Source: a virus
Lineage: Duplodnaviria; Caudoviricetes
Length of the DNA stretch: 60,824 nucleotides
IMG/VR virus record: IMGVR_UViG_3300045738_001878
Span: 1-60,824 of that record
Direction: 5' to 3' (one strand)
In this document: positions 56,341-60,824 of the stretch, piece by piece
Position numbering within the stretch: position 1 is the stretch's first letter
How the letters are laid out: each line of letters opens with the position of its first letter
Notes under the pieces: model-generated
The model's database searches: none
Seen by the model: only the letters and a program-made list of their open reading frames with translations
What the model was told of the DNA's origin: nothing
Made by a program: the position numbers and the translations under genes

Positions 56341-57812
56341 TGTATAAATGTCCTTTTGAGTTTACCGTCAATTATCTCCCACATAGTATTTGGAGAATTG
56401 CTGACCGCATTGTTTTCATGAATCAAATTAGCACAAATGATAGCGTCATCTAAAGCCTCTTCTTCATTTGAGATGACTTCTTCGATTAGAATCCCAGATT
56501 CGTTAAATTCATAGTAATTGTCCGCAGGTACTTCCATCTCGACATTAAACAAAGGATTTGCCTGTTCAGACAAACCAGAGGTTAGATGTTCGGACAATTT
56601 AATTTTCTTGGACACGGACTTCTTGACTACAAATCCAGATTGGTGTCTAACCACTTCGTCATCAATCTGTAGTTGCATTCTGATATCATTCCAACTTGTG
56701 CTGGACAACATCATGATTTCTCTCTTAATTATATTCCTATCAGTAAAAACTCTTCTAAGTATCCTCCCATAAGGAGAACCTTTAGATTTATCAACAGCCA
56801 TCATCGACTTAGCTGCGGCCTCAAAGTATCGAGGTGTACGAGGGGTTTGAGGTATTGCTCTAATCAAGTAAAAGCCAGCTATATTTTTTGCCTTCGTAAG
56901 AGCATCCAATTTGCAATCACCTTGTTTTACCATCTGGTTGTATATATCAACCATAATCTCATACCAAGCTCCCAGGAATATGCGCCCAAAGCTATGGCAC
57001 TCCGCTGCTAGTTCGTTGGCCGGTGCTTCTTTGGGAAGGTTCTTTGGATTGATATACTTGAAGTTATTGTTTGCTTCTCGCAAGGCACCATAAGTATATC
57101 CACTCTTGCCTGCGGTGAGGTGATAGACAGCATTTCCCATTTCCTCGGCGAGACGATTAATGACATTTGATTTCATCATATCCCCATTAGTTTCATCCAA
57201 TGCGTGTTGCATTACTTCTTTTGACTCCATCAAAGTCAACATGGCAGTTATGTCAGCAAACGCTTCGTGGAATGACCAAATCTCTAGTGCGGCAACACTC
57301 CAAAAGTCTGGTCGCATTGCGTCTAAAATAGCATGGCCAGCTTCATGGGCAATTACGTCAGCCGAATCTACAGCATAAACCATCTTTTTTGTTTTGGGAT
57401 CAGGCGAAAAAAAGAAAACCAATTTTTTCCTATTGTAATAGGCATTAAAATCTTTTCCGGCCCTTGGCACAATAATTAGATTATTTGTAACGGCCCATTT
57501 TTTAAGTGGCCCCCTAAATTGAGCAACATGTTTTTGAGTCATTTCAATGGTGCGACATAAAGTCTGCATACTAGAAGCAGCTTGATGTTTTGGAGTACCA
57601 TTCTTTACCGCTCCACCAGCATACCCTTTTACACTAAAATTCATATGCTTAGGTGGCGACGAAATTACAACATTCGATTTCAAATTTGGGGTTGTGGGAT
57701 CGTTAAGCAAATATTCCATTTTTGCAGGAGCACTTAACGCTTCTGCATACAAATCTGGATCACCCATATTTGAGAAAACATTATCAAAGAATTTTTTTAG
57801 CAAGTTGAACAT
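56337..57812 (-). CDS. Zinc metalloprotease (thermolysin clan, M4/M36-like)
   Basis: NAYY; DVIAHEAGH; SFHEAFAD; ECH. Confidence 0.9.
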   Translation of the reverse strand: MFNLLKKFFDNVFSNMGDPDLYAEALSAPAKMEYLLNDPTTPNLKSNVVISSPPKHMNFSVKGYAGGAVKNGTPKHQAASSMQTLCRTIEMTQKHVAQFRGPLKKWAVTNNLIIVPRAGKDFNAYYNRKKLVFFFSPDPKTKKMVYAVDSADVIAHEAGHAILDAMRPDFWSVAALEIWSFHEAFADITAMLTLMESKEVMQHALDETNGDMMKSNVINRLAEEMGNAVYHLTAGKSGYTYGALREANNNFKYINPKNLPKEAPANELAAECHSFGRIFLGAWYEIMVDIYNQMVKQGDCKLDALTKAKNIAGFYLIRAIPQTPRTPRYFEAAAKSMMAVDKSKGSPYGRILRRVFTDRNIIKREIMMLSSTSWNDIRMQLQIDDEVVRHQSGFVVKKSVSKKIKLSEHLTSGLSEQANPLFNVEMEVPADNYYEFNESGILIEEVISNEEEALDDAIICANLIHENNAVSNSPNTMWEIIDGKLKRTFIQ

Positions 57813-57827
57813 AAGGCTTCCTTAGAA

Positions 57828-57846
57828 TATATACTTTTAGTATATA
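57828..57846. promoter_or_regulatory. Paired TATATA elements between divergent genes
   Basis: TATATA at 57828-33 and 57841-46 between starts 57812(-) and 57858(+). Confidence 0.5.
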
Positions 57847-57857
57847 TCAGAGGTATC

Positions 57858-58358
57858 ATGCATAAAAGAAAATTCATCAAAAGGGAACATATAAAACAAG
57901 GCCGAGAAGAAATTCGAGAAGGAATAGAATATGTTGTCGGCGAGGAAGAATACTCAGCCTGGAAAAAGTTTGCATTCAAAGGCCGCATGGTAGAGATGGC
58001 AATTGCCTTTATGCTAGGAGCGGCTTTCAAAAACGTGGTGGGATCAATTTCAGAAAATCTCATCATGCCTGTTATGACTTTCATTCTTAATAAAACAGGT
58101 ACAAACTGGCGTGAACTTACTGTGACGCCAATTGAAGGAATCGCATTAGAGATAGGGCAATTTTTAGGAGCTTTTGTAGACTTTATTTTAATCTCGATTA
58201 TACTTTATATCCTATACAGGAAAATTTTAGCACCCATATTAGAAGATGATAAGAAAATCAAATGTATTGAAACGGTTCAATGCCCGAATTGCTGTAAGCA
58301 AATTTACTATAAGTGTAAAAGATGTCCTAACTGTACTTCTTGGCTAAATGATGAATAA
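57858..58358 (+). CDS. mscL: Large-conductance mechanosensitive channel with C-terminal Cys4 ribbon
   Basis: WKKFAFKG.MVEMAIAF.LGAAF..VV.S....IMP; GQFL.A.VDF.LI; CPNC...CPNCTS. Confidence 0.88.
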   Translation: MHKRKFIKREHIKQGREEIREGIEYVVGEEEYSAWKKFAFKGRMVEMAIAFMLGAAFKNVVGSISENLIMPVMTFILNKTGTNWRELTVTPIEGIALEIGQFLGAFVDFILISIILYILYRKILAPILEDDKKIKCIETVQCPNCCKQIYYKCKRCPNCTSWLNDE

Positions 58359-58370
58359 AAAGGATGTTGG

Positions 58371-59306
58371 ATGATTTACTCCTTCAAAAAATGGCTCAAT
58401 AATAAGGATGTTTTAACAGAAGCGTTCGATACCGTTTCGGATTTTATGCTAAACCCAGAACATCGTGACAAAACTTGGGATCAATTAATGGGAGAATTTG
58501 AGGCAAGCGGCGGCAAATACGTTGGTAGCGGAAAATACGCCTCTGTTTTTGACCATCCTAGTTGGCCATATGTGCTCAAATTATTTTCACAAGATGACCA
58601 ATACATTCCCTTCGTCAGATTTGCTTATAGAAATCCTCATCCCTCTTTTCCAAAATTCTTTGGACCTCCTCAACGAATTGTGCCATTTTACAAACGAACT
58701 GCCGCTAACGCTAAACAATATTTGGTTCGCATAGAAAAATTGAAACCATTATCTAAAGAGATTGGAGAATGGCTTGGAAAATTCATTCGTGATGGCGCTC
58801 ATTATATTAAAGGGAAGAAAGAAGGAGTGAACTTTGTAGACCGGCGCAGAAATACAGTCTGGGATTGGTCCGACACGAAAAGTGCTTCGACAAAGTATCG
58901 TATTAGACAAGGAGAGCCTGAGTATGTAGAACGCAATATGTACCAACATGTAGAAGACATGTTAGATCGTTTCCCCAAGTTGCATGAAACTTTTGAAGGT
59001 TGGAATATTATCATAAATAGCGGTCTAAAAGGAGCACTGGACGAACACGCTACCAATTTCATGCAAAGGTCTAATGGAGATATTGTTATTACTGATCCAT
59101 TGTGGGCAGGAAGTAATCCATATGCAGATCATCAAGCTATGATGGATTTAGAAACAGATCGCTGGGGTGATGAGGAGCCACCTGAGCCGACGCTTATGGG
59201 TGGAGAACTACCAAAGAAGAAACGAAAAATAAAACTACCGAGCATCGCTGACGAATTGCGTGCGACCTACGGCAGTGTCCCCGACTTTGACGAAGTACCT
59301 TTTTAA
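58371..59306 (+). CDS. Protein kinase-like (T7 gp0.7-type) with capsid-targeting-like N-terminus
   Basis: GSGKYASVF Gly-loop; VLK; catalytic DEHATNFM; ITDP; starts MIYSFKKWLN...VLTEA. Confidence 0.75.
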   Translation: MIYSFKKWLNNKDVLTEAFDTVSDFMLNPEHRDKTWDQLMGEFEASGGKYVGSGKYASVFDHPSWPYVLKLFSQDDQYIPFVRFAYRNPHPSFPKFFGPPQRIVPFYKRTAANAKQYLVRIEKLKPLSKEIGEWLGKFIRDGAHYIKGKKEGVNFVDRRRNTVWDWSDTKSASTKYRIRQGEPEYVERNMYQHVEDMLDRFPKLHETFEGWNIIINSGLKGALDEHATNFMQRSNGDIVITDPLWAGSNPYADHQAMMDLETDRWGDEEPPEPTLMGGELPKKKRKIKLPSIADELRATYGSVPDFDEVPF

Positions 59307-59307
59307 T

Positions 59308-59946
59308 ATGAACGAAAAAGAAAAACGCATACAAGAGCAACGGACGATAGAAGCCACCAAGAAAAACTTGATGGGGCTGACAGGCAAGATCGGAACTATC
59401 GTTAGAAATCTTGGACAACCAATGATTGCCCAATGCGAAGGTGGCACCTTTCTAGACACCAGTTACCTAGATGATCCTTGGGCACTACCAGAAGAAAACA
59501 CGTTTGGCGAGCTAGATGCAGGAACTCCTGAACAGATTCAAAACCAAATTCCTTACATGGAGGTTAATCCAACAGGCACAGTCGAGCCATTAGATGGAGC
59601 CTTTCGTAGTGAAAGAGATTATGAAATGCCCCATACAGATGTGAATCAAGTTGGTTGGCATTTTGAAGGATTGAGTAATGGATTGCACATGGAAATTATG
59701 TATAACGACTATTCAAAACAACTAACCTTGACATGGAAAGGATATCTCATGTATAAAGAAATTGCTAGCGAGCTTGCCACATACGTGCCACATCAAGATT
59801 GGGAAGATAAAGTAGACTACATTTTCGAGCAAGCTCTAAATAAAGAAAAAGCAACTCGTAAGGAAGAAAGAAAAGAAGATATTCAGGAAGCCAAAGCCAT
59901 CAAACAATCTTGGTTAAATAGGATGAGACAAAAATGGGGAATATAG
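59308..59946 (+). CDS. Hypothetical protein
   Basis: Start MNEKE 1 nt after the upstream stop; about 212 aa. Confidence 0.75.
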   Translation: MNEKEKRIQEQRTIEATKKNLMGLTGKIGTIVRNLGQPMIAQCEGGTFLDTSYLDDPWALPEENTFGELDAGTPEQIQNQIPYMEVNPTGTVEPLDGAFRSERDYEMPHTDVNQVGWHFEGLSNGLHMEIMYNDYSKQLTLTWKGYLMYKEIASELATYVPHQDWEDKVDYIFEQALNKEKATRKEERKEDIQEAKAIKQSWLNRMRQKWGI

Positions 59947-60041
59947 TCACGGATCAGGAAGACATAGACAAGATGTGTGAGGAACTCGCTGATATCTGGA
60001 AGCATATGTGGCCTCTAGAAGAGGAGAACACAGATGGATGA
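59934..60041 (+). CDS. 35-aa small ORF (MGNIVTDQEDIDKMCEELADIWKHMWPLEEENTDG)
   Basis: Hand-translated; fills the gap and overlaps both neighbours; below the ORF-track cutoff. Confidence 0.45.
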   Translation: MGNIVTDQEDIDKMCEELADIWKHMWPLEEENTDG

Positions 60042-60492
60042 ACTATTGAAAGAACTCATGAGCAAAGGATTTATGCTCTGGGAAGTTCCATTCGATAAAA
60101 TGGAAATAGAAGGAAGTTATTGGACGCTGGTGAAGGAGTCAACCCCAATGGATTCATCAAACTCTATACCAGATGCACCAGCACCATTTACTAACAAAAG
60201 AAGCTTTGCAACCTACGATGAAGCATTAAATGTGGCAAAGAAAATGATTGGCTATGGAGAGCCAACCGATGTGCCTCCTCCACCGAACAAACGAATGCAA
60301 TGGCGTGTGTCCGCTAAGTATGATCGTGGGCTAGGATCGGAGTATCAGAACATCACAATGACCGCCACAAGTCATAAGATTGCGCTCTCAGAAGGTAAAA
60401 AGAATATAGAAGCGGTACTTTCTAAACATGGCGTTGAGCCAGATGCAATTGGTGAGGTTACGGCAAGACCCGTTCATTCCGAAGACTCTTAA
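60034..60492 (+). CDS. Hypothetical protein
   Basis: 152 aa, GAGGAG SD. Confidence 0.75.
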   Translation: MDELLKELMSKGFMLWEVPFDKMEIEGSYWTLVKESTPMDSSNSIPDAPAPFTNKRSFATYDEALNVAKKMIGYGEPTDVPPPPNKRMQWRVSAKYDRGLGSEYQNITMTATSHKIALSEGKKNIEAVLSKHGVEPDAIGEVTARPVHSEDS

Positions 60493-60496
60493 ACTC

Positions 60497-60530
60497 AAAA
60501 AGCCCGCTATCTCGTGAGAGTTAACGGGCT
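60497..60530 (-). terminator. Rho-independent terminator (minus strand)
   Basis: Minus strand AGCCCGTTA...TAGCGGGCT followed by TTTT. Confidence 0.7.
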
Positions 60531-60558
60531 GAATTGATTTGATTTGATGTCTATATTC

Positions 60559-60824
60559 TTACATCATAAAAACGATATAAGCAAGAGCCGTAATCTGTGC
60601 TACGATAATCCCCCACAATAGCAGGTTAGTAGAGTTAATTTTTTTAGGCTCAACACGGTCAGCTACTATAGTTTGCATTGCAGATACTTTCCCACAACTA
60701 TCATGGGGCTGCATTGCTTTAACTGCGGATAAGATAGCTTCCTGAAGTTCTTCTCTAGTAACCGGGCTGTCGCCACCTGCGCTCTGCTCATCAATAGCGT
60801 CATCAATAGCGTCATTCCCATCAT
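60559..60824 (-). CDS. Partial CDS (3' end) with C-terminal transmembrane anchor
   Basis: Open frame from the window edge: ...VTREELQEAILSAV...NLLLWGIIVAQITALAYIVFMM-stop. Confidence 0.65.
   Translation of the reverse strand, partial: DGNDAIDDAIDEQSAGGDSPVTREELQEAILSAVKAMQPHDSCGKVSAMQTIVADRVEPKKINSTNLLLWGIIVAQITALAYIVFMM

Noticed and set aside
1-60824. Genome-wide stop-codon recoding
   Set aside because: Standard code gives dense, full-length genes; TAA, TAG and TGA all terminate well-defined genes, including ATGA overlaps

Overview
This 60.8-kb window is a gene-dense segment of a very large tailed dsDNA bacteriophage (T4-like/jumbo myovirus architecture). It is unlikely to be a bacterial chromosome. 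A contractile-tail module runs from about 4.7 to 35 kb on the + strand: gp2-like end protector, 3065-aa tape measure, tube initiator, gp53/LysM, hub, gp5/VgrG-like spike, gp25, gp6, gp7/gpI-like, and three paralogous PKD fibre proteins. Modifying enzymes are interleaved with or close to it (SET domain, GT-A-like, DUF115/Maf-like, GT9). The accessory half carries a complete fatty-acid beta-oxidation operon (acyl-CoA dehydrogenase, fadB, fadA), glpX, an actin-like ATPase cassette, primase, a PD-(D/E)XK nuclease, serine and metallo-proteases, MscL, a T7 gp0.7-like kinase and an extremely acidic protein. Several things are missing from the ORF track but readable by hand. (i) A class II CCA-adding enzyme runs off the left end. 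(ii) An N-terminal [S/T/N]-F-[K/R]-x-[W/F/Y]-[L/M]...E motif, resembling the T4 capsid-targeting sequence, recurs on unrelated proteins including that CCA enzyme and the kinase. (iii) A TATATA promoter-like element recurs upstream of genes. (iv) A compact multi-hairpin candidate ncRNA lies at about 25.06-25.20 kb. A Planctomycetota host is suggested but unproven. All family calls come from motif recognition by eye; no database searches were run.
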